Source: Eledone cirrhosa (taxonomy: Eukaryota). From it: 64,000 nucleotides of DNA. Position numbers and translations under genes: made by a program. Positions 52,535-64,000 of this stretch are shown piece after piece. The notes under the pieces were generated by a model. It worked only from the letters and a program-made list of their open reading frames with translations, did not search any database and had not been told where the DNA came from. The stretch lies in contig OZ024741.1 in assembly GCA_964016885.1 (NCBI GenBank), positions 120,032,001-120,096,000 on the forward strand, read 5' to 3'. Each line of letters begins with the position of its first letter. Position 1 is the first letter of the stretch.

Positions 52535-55500
52535 CTACCTTCTTATGTCTCCCTCTCCATGCACCCTCTTCTTTTCTCTCTTGTCTTCTGACGCCTCCAT
52601 ATCGGATGTAGGTGAGCTATGAGGCCCTCTTAGCACTTTCCCTTCCACCCACATACGGTTGTGCGTAGCACCTAGGCTGGTGACAACCAGCCACTCACCA
52701 CTGATGCCGCTTGGTGCCCCAGTCCCCGGCCCCACTCCCCATCCTGCATCCCCACCAGTCGACACCTGCAACACTTGCAGCACCACGAACAGACGGAACT
52801 GTTCGGGGTGCGGCTGCTTCCACCACCTCACCTGTGTTGGCTTGACGCGTCAAGCCTCCAGTGCCCTCGCAGCGTGGCGATGCAGAAACTGTCTCTTCCC
52901 CTCGTCTACTCAGCTACGGCCATCTGGCACACCACCAGATGAGACAGCGAGCTTGCCTGACGCCAAAGCCTCGCTGGTCAACATCGCTCGGCACAGGCGG
53001 CTCCGGAAGATCCCACTCAGGATCTCGAGAGCGGGACGGGTGCCGGTAGCCGATGCCCTCGCTTCCTCGATTGAGAGCGCCCTGGACTCCAATCGAGCCA
53101 GTGACTGGGAGCGACTCTTCTATTTCGCCCCATTTGCCCTCGGCCTCCCCAGCTCTGGCGCTGACCGAGGCGGCCGGTCGACAGCAGCCTTTGTCAAGGC
53201 CACTGTTTCGTATTTTGGGCAAGCGTCTACTCTAAGCGTGACTAGGGACGCCACACACCCCATTCTTCAATCCTCCACCCCTGAGGCCAGCGCCAAGCGT
53301 TTGCGTGACCGCGTAAATGCCAAATTAATCAAGGGTGATGTCTCGGCCGCAGTCAGAGTGGTTGCTTCAGAGGACATTGTCCTCCAACCCACCGAGGAGA
53401 TCCTGGATGCCCTGCAACTCAAGCACGCTGAGCCACCCGCTGACCTCAGACCCATACCCCACCCTTGTGGCTTCCGGTGCAGACATCATATCTGCCATCA
53501 AGTTCTTCCCAACTAGCAGCAGCGGAGGTGCTGATGGTCTCCGATCAGGCCACCTCAAGGAGTTGCTATCCCCCCTCTCCGCTGGGGCCGGGCGCCGCCT
53601 TCTGAGTGAAATTGTGGCACTCACCAATAGGCTTATCCATGGCGCCCTGGATCCACCGCTCTCAGGAAGAAAGAGGGTGGCATACGCCCCATCGCTGTGG
53701 GCAATGTCTTCCGGAGGTTGGCTGCCAAGGTGGTCTGCAGGTCCATAACACCCGAACTGGGTGAGAAGTTCAATCCGTTGCAACTGGGTGTCGGCGTGTC
53801 CGGTGGCTGCGAAGGGGCCATACATGCAACCAGGCAGTTCTTTAACAGCTGCCCACCCGAACCGGCATCCAAGCACCTCATTGTCAAGCTTGACATGAGT
53901 AATGCCTTTAAGTGCATACGCCGGGACCATCTGTTCAATGTCTCCCTCAGTCGAGCCCCCTCTGCCTACCCGCTGGCCTAACTGTCGTATGGAGCCGCGA
54001 GCATGCTCCTTGCTGCTGATACGGTAATACCTTCGGCCACTGGAGTCTAACAGGGCGACCCTTTGGGCGACCTCCTGTTTGCCCTTGGTATAGACCACAT
54101 CGCCCGGAGTATCACGACCTATCTCAACGTTTGGTATCTGGATGATGCTACGTTGGACGGGCCAGTACAGACTGTCTGCCATGACCTACAATCGGTGGTT
54201 CCTGCCCTGGTGGGAATCGGCCTCCAGGTCAACTCGTCCAAGTCGGAGGTGGTGAATGTCAGCCACGATGCTGAGAGCTTTGCAGCCTCCGTCTCGGACG
54301 TGCGGTCCATTCTCTGCCAAGTAAAAGTGACCTCCAAAGAGGATGTCCTCATCCTCGGGTCACCGATCCACCCACCAGCCATCCGCTCCACCATCATGTC
54401 CAGGCTCCAACAACTCCAGACCCTCACGACCCGACTGGGCTTGATCGACGGCCACCCAGCTCTCTTTCTGTTGAGGAACTTCTTCGCCATGCTGAAGCTC
54501 CTCTATACCCTTCGTAGCGCTCCGTGCTACACCCACGCACCTCTCCTCACTGACCTCGATACTTGTATCCGAGCAGCAGCCGAGGAGATATGCAACGTCA
54601 GATTTGGCGACATTGGATAGCAACAGGTCACTTTACCTGTCAGGTATGGCAGCCTTGGCCTCCGGTTCCCGATCTCACTGACTTTGCCGGCGTTTCTTTT
54701 GTCGGTAACCTCATGCCACGTCCTCGTCAGCAGGGTTCTCCAAACCACAACAGAACTCTGTGTGTTCAAGGAACGTGAGGACGCCTGTGAGACGTGGGAC
54801 CGGCTGGGACTTAGCCCAGTAGACGTCCCTCCTCCTTCTCCCCCTACTGACGTCAAGTCCCCCCAAAAGCATTTGAGATGCCATCCAGTGCAGCCTGGCT
54901 TCAGACAGGCTCATCAGCTCGACCAGCACCGCCTTGCCTGTTCTCGTGCAGCCTCCAAACCCCATAATGGTGCCTGGCTCCATGTCTTTCCCTCCTTCTC
55001 CACTGGCACGCAGCTAGATAACAATAGCCTGCGCATCGGCGTTTCCTTGAGGGTCGGCCACACCAATGTCGCTGTGGATCCACCGAGGACTCTTTCGGCC
55101 TCCACCCACTTTCCTGTTGCCACAGTGCCGGCCGCATTCCACGCGATGCTGCCCTCTACGAGGTCATAAAGCATGGCTTGGACGCCTCAGGCTTCCCTTC
55201 CCAGCTCGAGCCGGTGGGGCTGGACCGAGGGGATGGCAAAAGGCCAGATGGCATGACCATCTTCCCGTTCCGCGGTGGTATACTCCTCGTCTGCGATGCC
55301 ACTTGCACCGACACTTTCTGCAGCTGCAACCTGGTGCAGTCTGCGACTAACCCAGGTCCTGCTGCACGTCGGGCTGAGGAGGCCAAACTCTTCAAATACC
55401 GGTCGCTCTCCGACAGGTTTGCGGTTGTACCCTTGGCAGTGGAGACTTCTGGTGTCCTCGGCCCTAGGGCTACCTCCCTACTCACCACCATAGGCGCTGA

Positions 55501-55640
55501 GCTGGCCAGTCTCAGGTGTGAATCCCGCGAGTTGGAATGGCTTTTCCAGCGCGTCTCCCTTGCCGTCCTCTGGAGAAACGCCTTCTCTATTCTGTCCGCT
55601 GGGGTTATGGGGAGGCCACCAATGATTGACTGACTTGTCA
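52535..55640 (+). mobile_element. Near-full-length CRE-clade REL LINE with N-terminal PHD finger (frameshifted)
   Basis: PHD CNTC..CSGC..HLTC..WRCRNC. RT motifs RPIAVGNVFRRLAAK, QLGVGVSGGCE, KLDMSNAF and WYLDD. REL motifs RPDG..DATC..PLAVETSG. Confidence 0.85.
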
Positions 55641-55744
55641 TTTATTAGTCAGATGTTATTAAACATGGTGAGACAATACATGTATTAGTTTGTCATAACA
55701 TTGCATATAACACTACCAGTAACATTATTAGTATTAGTCTAAAG

Positions 55745-57743
55745 CAAAGGTTCTCAACGGGGGGCATATGCACCCCGGGGAGCGTTTCGGAACTCCAGGG
55801 GGGGAGCAAGGTCGCGTTAGGAGGGCGTTTGGAGCTTGAGGGGAGGGGGGCTAGGGGGCGCTGGAAGACTCTTTGCTTTGGTAAGTTTTATAAGCCATAT
55901 TTGTATGTCTTTGAGACAGCCAGTGTGAATGCATTTGAATGAGCTTGCAGGTAATACATACATCTAGGACCACACACAACACATAAGAAGGTAATACAAA
56001 CATCTAGGACCACATACAACACATAATCAGGTAATAATACAAATATCTAGGACCACATACAACACATAATCAGGTAATAATACAAACATCTAGGACCACA
56101 TACAACACAATCAGGTAATACATACATCTAGGACCACATACAACACATAAGAAGGCAATACACACATCTAGGAACACATACAACACAAAAGCAGGTAATA
56201 CATACAGCTGGGATCACATGCAATACATAAGCAGGTAATACATACATCTAGGACCACATACAACACACATTGTTTCATGTGCTACGGACGACGCAAGAGC
56301 AATAGTCGGCCAACATAAGGGCTTCGTCACTCTTCTGAAGAGAGAAAATCTATCTGTATTTGCTGTTCATTGTGTCATTTATCGACAACACTTGGCTGCG
56401 AAGAAATTCAGCAAGCCTCTGAGCAAGTCCTTGCAGGTGGCCATTGATGTCATCAATTTTATCAAACGGCATTCCCTCAATGAACGAATTTTCCAGCAAC
56501 TGTGCCAAGATAATAACGAAGAATTCGTCAAGTTGTTCCTTCATACTGAAGTGAGGTGGCTTTCAAAGGGCAAGTGCTTTACTCACTTCTTTGAACTCTT
56601 CGACTCTATCATTGAGTTTCTGCGAGGACGCAACACAGAACTGTACAAGAAAACCATCGATGTGAGGCAAGACTGCGCCTACCTCACCAACATCTTCGAC
56701 AAATGCAGGGGAAGAAGATCACCTTGCTTAAAGCAAGGAATGCTGTAAAAACATTCCTGGCCAAATTGAATGTGATCGAAAGGAATCTTTGTTGACGGGA
56801 ATTCTATAATTTTCCTAGTGTCGCCAATGTTCAAAACATTGTAAGCGATGACCAACTCCAAATTTATACCACTCACCTTCGTGCGCTACAAGACAACATG
56901 AGAGAACGGTTTGTCGACTTTTTACCGATGGACATCCCAATGTGGATAGCAGATGCTTTCATAGCTAACGTCGACGATTTGGACGTTAAATTTCAGGAAG
57001 AATTCATTGAACTTCAAGCAGACGACATGATCAAAATTAGATTTCCCAAAATAGGTGAACCCCTTTTTGGGATGCAGGAGGAAATTCAGCGTTTATTTCC
57101 ACACCTACATGCAAAGGCTAAGAGATTTTCTCTGCCTTTTCCAAGCTCATACTTAGTTGAGAGGAGGTTTGGTGTTGTTTCCAGACTGCCCAGTAAGGCT
57201 TGCAACCGCTACAATGTAATTATACGTGGAGATCGTATAATTACATATTACGTTTATTAATAAATATACCCTCCCGCGTGGTCATGAAAACCCTCTTCCG
57301 TGGTTTCTAAGCTCACAAAGCAGGGGGACATCAAGTTTGATATCAACATTTATTCTGTCCGTTTCATTAAAGGGAAAATTGGAAAGCTTTGAAATGATAT
57401 AATTGCCAGTTTCTTCCAGATAAGAGCACTCTTGGGATAGACAGAGTTGCTCTTGTATAAATGTTCAAAATAGCTGGTATCGCCTGGTGGGAATATAACA
57501 AATTCAACTGGTCCTTATTCATAAAAAAGAACATTTATGTTCCTTTTTTTGAAATTTATATATTTCCTTTCAAGGAATGTATTTATACACTCAGCTGCCT
57601 GAATATTGTTAATCAATTTTTTAGTAATCTACTGATATCAAAATCAGTAGTATATTGAAAAATGGAAAAATAGGGTAGGGGGGTGTTTCGTGATTTCAAG
57701 GGACAAAAGGGGGCGTTTGGCCTAAATGGGTTGAGAACCTGTG
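55745..57743 (+). mobile_element. hAT (Charlie/Buster-type) DNA transposon, internally deleted
   Basis: TIRs CAAAGGTTCTCAAC / GTTGAGAACCTGTG. 8-bp TSD GTCTAAAG at 55737-55744 and 57744-57751. Transposase remnants LHTEVRWLSKG and LPFPSSYLVER. Confidence 0.92.
55946..56270. repeat. ~40-bp minisatellite (about 8 units) inside the hAT
   Basis: Repeats of CAGGTAATACATACATCTAGGACCACATACAACACATAAG. Confidence 0.9.
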
Positions 57744-57957
57744 GTCTAAAGTATCCTTTTATACCACTCTATTAAAGTATCAACAATAAATTCTAGGCGA
57801 ACTGTTCAGATTGTTCGTCACCGCCAAGATAAACCCTTGTGTTTGTAGCGAGCTTCAAAACTTTCTTAGAAGACCAAAGTGTCAATTTATTCAAACTGTT
57901 AAGAATGACTGGGAAAGATTGTCTAAAATCTCCTTCTACTTCTACTACTACTAGTAA

Positions 57958-58034
<77 letters not shown>

Positions 58035-58140
58035 TTACTACTACTACTACAACGAGAACCAGTTAACATACCGTGTTTATTTAGAAATACGTAAATTTCT
58101 ATACATATCTGTATAAAGCTATTTTTGAAGCGAAATCCTA

Positions 58141-58235
<95 letters not shown>

Positions 58236-59362
58236 AGATCAAAAGATGGTTAAAGGAGTTCCATGTATTTTATTATGCGCATTTCAAAAACAAACATCAT
58301 CATGCAATAATATTTGTGTTTTCATCAGATAAAACAGGAGAACATGATATGAAGGCTAAAAAACACTTGTGGATAGTGCAGTTTTAAATCAACATATGAA
58401 AAGTGGTTTTAGATTGATGTGTGATATTGGGAAAAATATTTTATTTAGAGAGGGGGGGAAGGGTGAAAAAGGGGAGGAGATGAGAGGGAGAGATGGGTGA
58501 TAGAGAGAAAGAGATAGTTTTTATAACTGAGAGGAGATATATTGTTTTACATAGAGAGGTTGAAAACCGTTGGAAGATAATGTATAAATTAAAAAAAATT
58601 TGAAAATTAACGAAGGGAGGATATGTGCGAGGAAAAAATATTTTATTTAGGGAGGGGGGTGGAAAGGATGAAAAAAGGGGGAGGAGATGAGAGTGAAGGT
58701 GGAGAGGGAGAGATGGGTGATAGAGAGAAAGAGATAGTTTTTATAACTGAGAAAAAGATATATTGTTTTACATAGAGAGGTTGAGAACCGTTGGAAGATA
58801 ATGTATAAATTAAAGGAATTTGAAAATTAACGAAGGGAATTTATGTATGAAGATAGAGAGAAAAAAAAATAATAATTGTGGATAAATATTCTAACGTCAA
58901 AAAAAGTGTATGTTGATAAGTATTGTGGCAATTTCAAAATTAACGAAGAGAAAAATTATTAAGGTTTGTGTGTAGAAGGATTTGAGAAAAATAATGTGAA
59001 GTTAAAGTTTGTATATTGAAGGAATTGATAATATATGCGAATAAAGAGTTAATATGTATTAAGAATGAGTTCGTTGATGGGGAGAAAAAAATAATAAATT
59101 AAGGATGAAATTGAGATTAAAAAGATTTATGATAGAGAGAAAAAATAATAATGATTGCGGATGAATATTCTAACGTCAAAAAAACAAATGTATATGTTAT
59201 GAAGGATTTTACAAGGTGGAGATAGAATGAGGGTAATGAGTAAACAAGTATTATAGAGTGTATAATGCTCTTTAAAGTAAGGTAGGAAGATGGGTATATT
59301 TTAAAGAGGTGTATGTATATGTGCCTTTGAGAAAAGATTCTAAATTGATAAAGAATTGAATA

Positions 59363-61125
59363 TTAACTGTATACTTTGTGAAAAGTCCTATGGAATTTAT
59401 GCAGGCAGATAGAAAACAAATCTGTACGTCTATTTATTATAGAATCTAGGTTAGAGATAATGGTAAATTTTTCATTTAGGCAGAGATTACAGATTTTAGA
59501 TAGAGAGCTGTTCAAGTATGAGGATGCAGAAGAAACCTTCTTCCAAAAGATGGTATATTTAATGTTTTTGTCTTTTAAGGACCATATGAGTTCTGAGAGA
59601 GCAGTGTTGGTTCTTTTAAGTTTGTATTTGAAAGATGAATGATGATTATAGAGACGAGCTTTAAAAGAGGTGGAAGTGGAGCCAAAATAGGTGAAGGAAT
59701 TGGTGCTAGTTATAATTTTACATTCATAAATTAAGTTTTTATCGAGACAATGGTTGTTGAGAGGACATTTATTTTTAATGCGGCAGTTGCAATTAGAGAG
59801 ATTATTAATGAGTGACCTAGTGTTATCTATAGAAGGAATTGGATTGGAGAAGTTGTTTGCGATAGGAATAATAGGAATAATAGTTTCTTGATTTAGAGTT
59901 GGATTATGAACATTTAGCGAAGTTGTGTTTGATGTTGTATTTGGGTTTGCAGAAGTTAGCCTAGGGTTTACAATGACGTCGGGAGTACTATTACTGTTAT
60001 TATGAAATTCAATGTTGGAAGGAAGAGATTTAGTATTTAGTATTTTATTGTTGTGTTTAGAGATGATGTTGGAAATATTGGAGGATGTAGAATAAGAAAA
60101 TTTGATGGTGTGTTTGTTAAATATTTTACTATAGATATGTGAGGGAGGGAAGCATTTATTTAAGGCACTAAAAAATAATTTAGGAATATTGTTATTAATA
60201 GAGATGGAGAAAGGAGCATTATACCAGATTATGTTTTTGTATCTAGGTCTTTTATTAAAATTATTGGAATGATCATGATTAATTATTCTACTGTAAGTTT
60301 TTCTAGAATTTGTTTCTTTACTATATTTGATTTTATCTGGATAGCCGGCTTTAGAAAGTGCGTTATTATAGTAATTGGCGTTAGCATCAAAGATGTTTTT
60401 ATTAGAGGATATGTTAGATATTCTTTTTCCAATATTACTAACTATAGCATTCTTGATATTGGTAGGATGGTTAGATTTAAAGTTAACATAATTTAGGTTC
60501 TCATTGTTTTTATGGTAAGGGTAATATAGGCCAGTGTCAAGATTAAGAGATACATCCAAGAAATTAGCTAGTTTGATACTATTATCAAATTCAATTTTTA
60601 GGTTATGTTGGTTAAAGAGATTACGTATATTGTTCTTAATAATATTAAGGTTAACTATATTGCAATTTAGGATAGTAAAGAGTCCATCGTCACGATAAAT
60701 TCCACCGCGAAGTTGAGGAATTTTCCGACTCAAAGAGTTCAAAATGAAGATACCAATTAAATCAGTCAATTGGGATGAATCGGATGCTCCCATTGTGATG
60801 TCGAAGTTGTTAGAGGTATCGGCTCTGGTCCAATATTCGTTGTTGAACTCTAGGATGGTTTTACGTGCGGTGAGGATGATGTGAAGTTCATCTGTGGTGA
60901 TGTCAGAATATTTAAGTGCGAAAGATAGAGCATTATTGAGAAGTGAAGGCGAAATGGAGGAATAGTAGCTGGCAATATCAAATTGAATAAATTTTAGTTT
61001 GTTTTTATTATCCAATTTGTTGAACCAGCCAATCACCTCAGAAGTACCAAACCATAAATTTAGGTTCAAAGAAGAGCAATTAGAACTAACCTGTGGGATA
61101 ATTCTATCCAAGATGGCTTTACTCA
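59363..61125 (-). CDS. Penelope-like element RT-GIY-YIG, uninterrupted ~590-codon frame, 5'-truncated
   Basis: QFDIASYYSSI, GIYRDDG, Asn/Pro/Thr-rich linker, CNCRIKNKCPLNNHC..IY..YFGST..FKARLYNH..CNLC..EK..CLH. A long AT/GA-rich 3' region continues leftwards. Confidence 0.9.
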
Positions 61126-61275
61126 ATAATGCATACAAATACATACATCAACTCTCATATTATATATATATATATATTCATGTATGTATGTGTGCGTGTT
61201 TATGTGTGTATGTGAGTGTACGTATGTGTGTGCGAACGTAGGTGGGTGCGAGTGTGTGTGCGTGCGTGGGTGTGA

Positions 61276-61404
<129 letters not shown>

Positions 61405-62169
61405 TGTCTGTGTGTGCGCGCGTGTGTATGCCGGTGCGTATGTGATATGTACCTACGTTCATTTTGTTAGTAGAATCTGGAACTACTAGAGAAATATACA
61501 TTAATAAATAACTATTAATTATAATTAGGATCACACAGCGCAGAATGGAAATATGATATTAACTTGAAAAACAAAACAAAGACATTTTTGCTTTTCATCC
61601 CAATTAATGCAATTAATGTCATGCCAATGTTTATTGGCACGAAACTTGCTTAAACGTTTATTAAATAGTTTTGTCTCATTTTCAGGCAATCCTTCGTTGT
61701 GACTGTATATGTCTTCTACACTTGTGTTTTCTATTAATTATAAGTAATCTAATTGGTATTGTTGTTTTAAACTCTCATCTACGGAGGATATATTATTGGG
61801 CTTAAAAACAAAACAAAACAAAACCAATATCGATGTGGTATGGATACAGCTTATAAAGTGGGATGTGCAATAATTTTATTAGAAAAAGAACAATTCGAAA
61901 GTAAATATGGACTTTAAAGTGGAATGTTTACAGTTGGACCCGTAGCTGGTCATGTACGATTGTCATCAAATTGGTAGCTGACAAACTTCTGAGGCGATAT
62001 AACATCCTATGTTTTTGCAACATTTGTGGTAAATTTTTACAATCATATGTTAATGTTTAATTCTTTTTCTATCAACTAGATACACATACACACTCACCTG
62101 TGTGTGTGCGTGCGTGTGTACGTGTGTGTGTGCGTGTGTGCGTGTGTGTGTGTGCCTATGTGTGTGTGC

Positions 62170-62271
<102 letters not shown>

Positions 62272-62399
62272 TCTATATTATCCTTACATGCCTCAACTAT
62301 AAATAAGACAAAATAAGCCTTAACAAAAATAATTTAGTCTAACGGCGTGAAGCCCTTCGCCGGGAAGCTTGAATAAGAAAAACCATAGCCCGTACAACT

Positions 62400-63076
62400 T
62401 CTATCTTCTTCTTCTTCTTGCTCGACGAGGCTGGGGTCATCCTAAGCCAGCGATCCCAATGCATCGTCATGTGTAGAGCCGACCAGGGTCTGGCCTTGTC
62501 TTGGCGCGGGTGCTTGTGTGTTCAGTAAATCTAAGAGAGGATTACCATTTAGAGCTTTGCTCCTAGTTGGGTCACCTTAGGCGGGGCAGTCTCCCGGAGA
62601 GGTCCCAGACCAACAGTGACCCGCAGCGTTTCGGCTCGCCGCCAAGATAGCAGCCCCATCATCAGACTATTTTACGGAGGGCCAACACCCGCCCAGAAAA
62701 AAACATCAACCTATTACAAAACCGACTATAAGAAACCAGACTCCTCAACATCGGAATCGAAACCTGCATCCCCCACCCCACCCCTCCAACAAGGAGAAAT
62801 TAATTTGCGCCATAAAATGTGTGTTGCCAGATGGAATGTCCTGTCGCTCCTTCAATCCGGAGCAACCACCCTGCTGTTCCGAGAGCTATCACACTGCAAC
62901 ATCATATGGGCGGGACTCTGCGAGACACACTCTGCAAGGAATTCATCGCGGGAGACCACTACCTCATCTGGAGTGGCGCTGGAGATAGGACGGGCCTTTG
63001 CGGTGTAGCACTAGCCATGCCCAAGCACGTCCGCAAGTCACTCATTACCTGGAACCCGATGAGTGACCGTTTCTAA
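62400..63076 (+). mobile_element. RTE-like LINE 5' end (UTR and APE N-terminus)
   Basis: VARWNVLSL..LFREL..AGLCET..LIWSG..GVAL..WNPMSDR. Starts at (CTT)n. Confidence 0.7.
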
Positions 63077-63197
63077 ACTATTTTTAGAAATATAAAATTA
63101 ATATAAAAACGAAGATAAAGAGCAGGTTTATATACATACTTAAATACCTAAATTAAATTAGAGAAACATACATATATCCATGCATACACACACATAC

Positions 63198-63233
<36 letters not shown>

Positions 63234-63509
63234 TAAAACATATCTATAGAATCACCAGATAAAATATATACTGTTTCTTCTCCCAATTAGCATAATTAAC
63301 CATATAAAACATCAATTAGACCAAGCTATAATAATAAAGGCTCCTATGAAGAAATCTCCGACAAATAACCGAAAGCAGCCCTTCGCGGTGGTTGCGACGG
63401 AGTATTTATCGAGTATTTCGACAGCGTGTATAAATCGACCAGATATACAGTCAACTAAACAGAATTAGGTGTAAAATAAACTAGAAGAAAAGTGCACATA
63501 TTTAGTTAC

Positions 63510-63583
63510 CTCTACCATGGTTTCGTCCGCATTTTAAGATATCCGATAACATTGGAAATCTAGAGCTTCGGATTCTTCAGGAG
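63510..63583 (-). ncRNA. Type-I hammerhead ribozyme
   Basis: CTC-CTGAAGA-A-TCCG..CGGA-C-GAAA-CC AT GG-TA-GAG. Palindromic ACCATGGT stem III and a GUA cleavage site. Confidence 0.8.
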
Positions 63584-64000
63584 TTAGCTCAAATTTAGAC
63601 AATTAATTTTCCAAAGTGATCGCGCCAAGAATACATTCAAAAATGGCTAAGAATCGTGACGTGGCAGCGGTCAAGTTAGAAAGGATGTGATTAGTTGCTT
63701 ACGGCTGGTAGGCTTTTTGCTAGAAAGCGCAGCCCAATACAGCCAAAATTGTATCTCAACCTAACGGGAGATTATTACATATAAAGGTTTACATATATAT
63801 ATATATAAAGTCATAGATATATATGTGTTTTGCAACGGGTCACTTTGTGGCTCAATGAAGAATTAATAAATTAAATAATCAGAGCTATATATCATAAAAC
63901 ATGTCTATAGAATCACCAGATAAAATATATACCGTTTCTTCTCCTGATCGGATAACTATCATGTGGCTTGCTGTTTTCCAACCTTCGGTTTGCTTTTCCT

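Noticed and set aside
55946-56270. Regular ~40-bp repeats resembling a CRISPR array
   Set aside because: No unique spacers, no cas genes, and it lies inside a eukaryotic hAT; it is a minisatellite.
57755-57830. Minus-strand HHR-like fold (GTGACGA..GATA)
   Set aside because: Several core mismatches and no stem I; at best a decayed remnant.

Overview
Eukaryotic (animal) repeat-saturated region with no convincing host gene. The tRNA-derived SINE resembles octopod SINEs as I remember them, so a cephalopod origin is inferred, not verified. The window is a nest of mostly decayed transposons: Tx1/L1-clade LINEs (one apparently full length, 32.7-38.4 kb), CRE-clade REL LINEs with an N-terminal PHD finger, Dong/R4 and RTE LINEs, several Penelope-like elements (PLEs), about nine SINE copies, two Helitrons, a Charlie/Buster hAT with TIRs and TSD, and many microsatellites. 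The most notable signal is an unusually dense set of about 15 type-I hammerhead-ribozyme (HHR) motifs from several unrelated sequence families. Most sit in foldback (inverted-repeat) or direct-repeat cassettes wedged into (TA)n tracts. These include a 3.6-kb foldback PLE, U3:A8 compensated core variants, and a ~2.15-kb non-coding retrozyme-like element carrying two tandem conserved ~222-bp CpG-rich modules of unknown function. All folds, alignments and coordinates were read by eye, and element boundaries are approximate.
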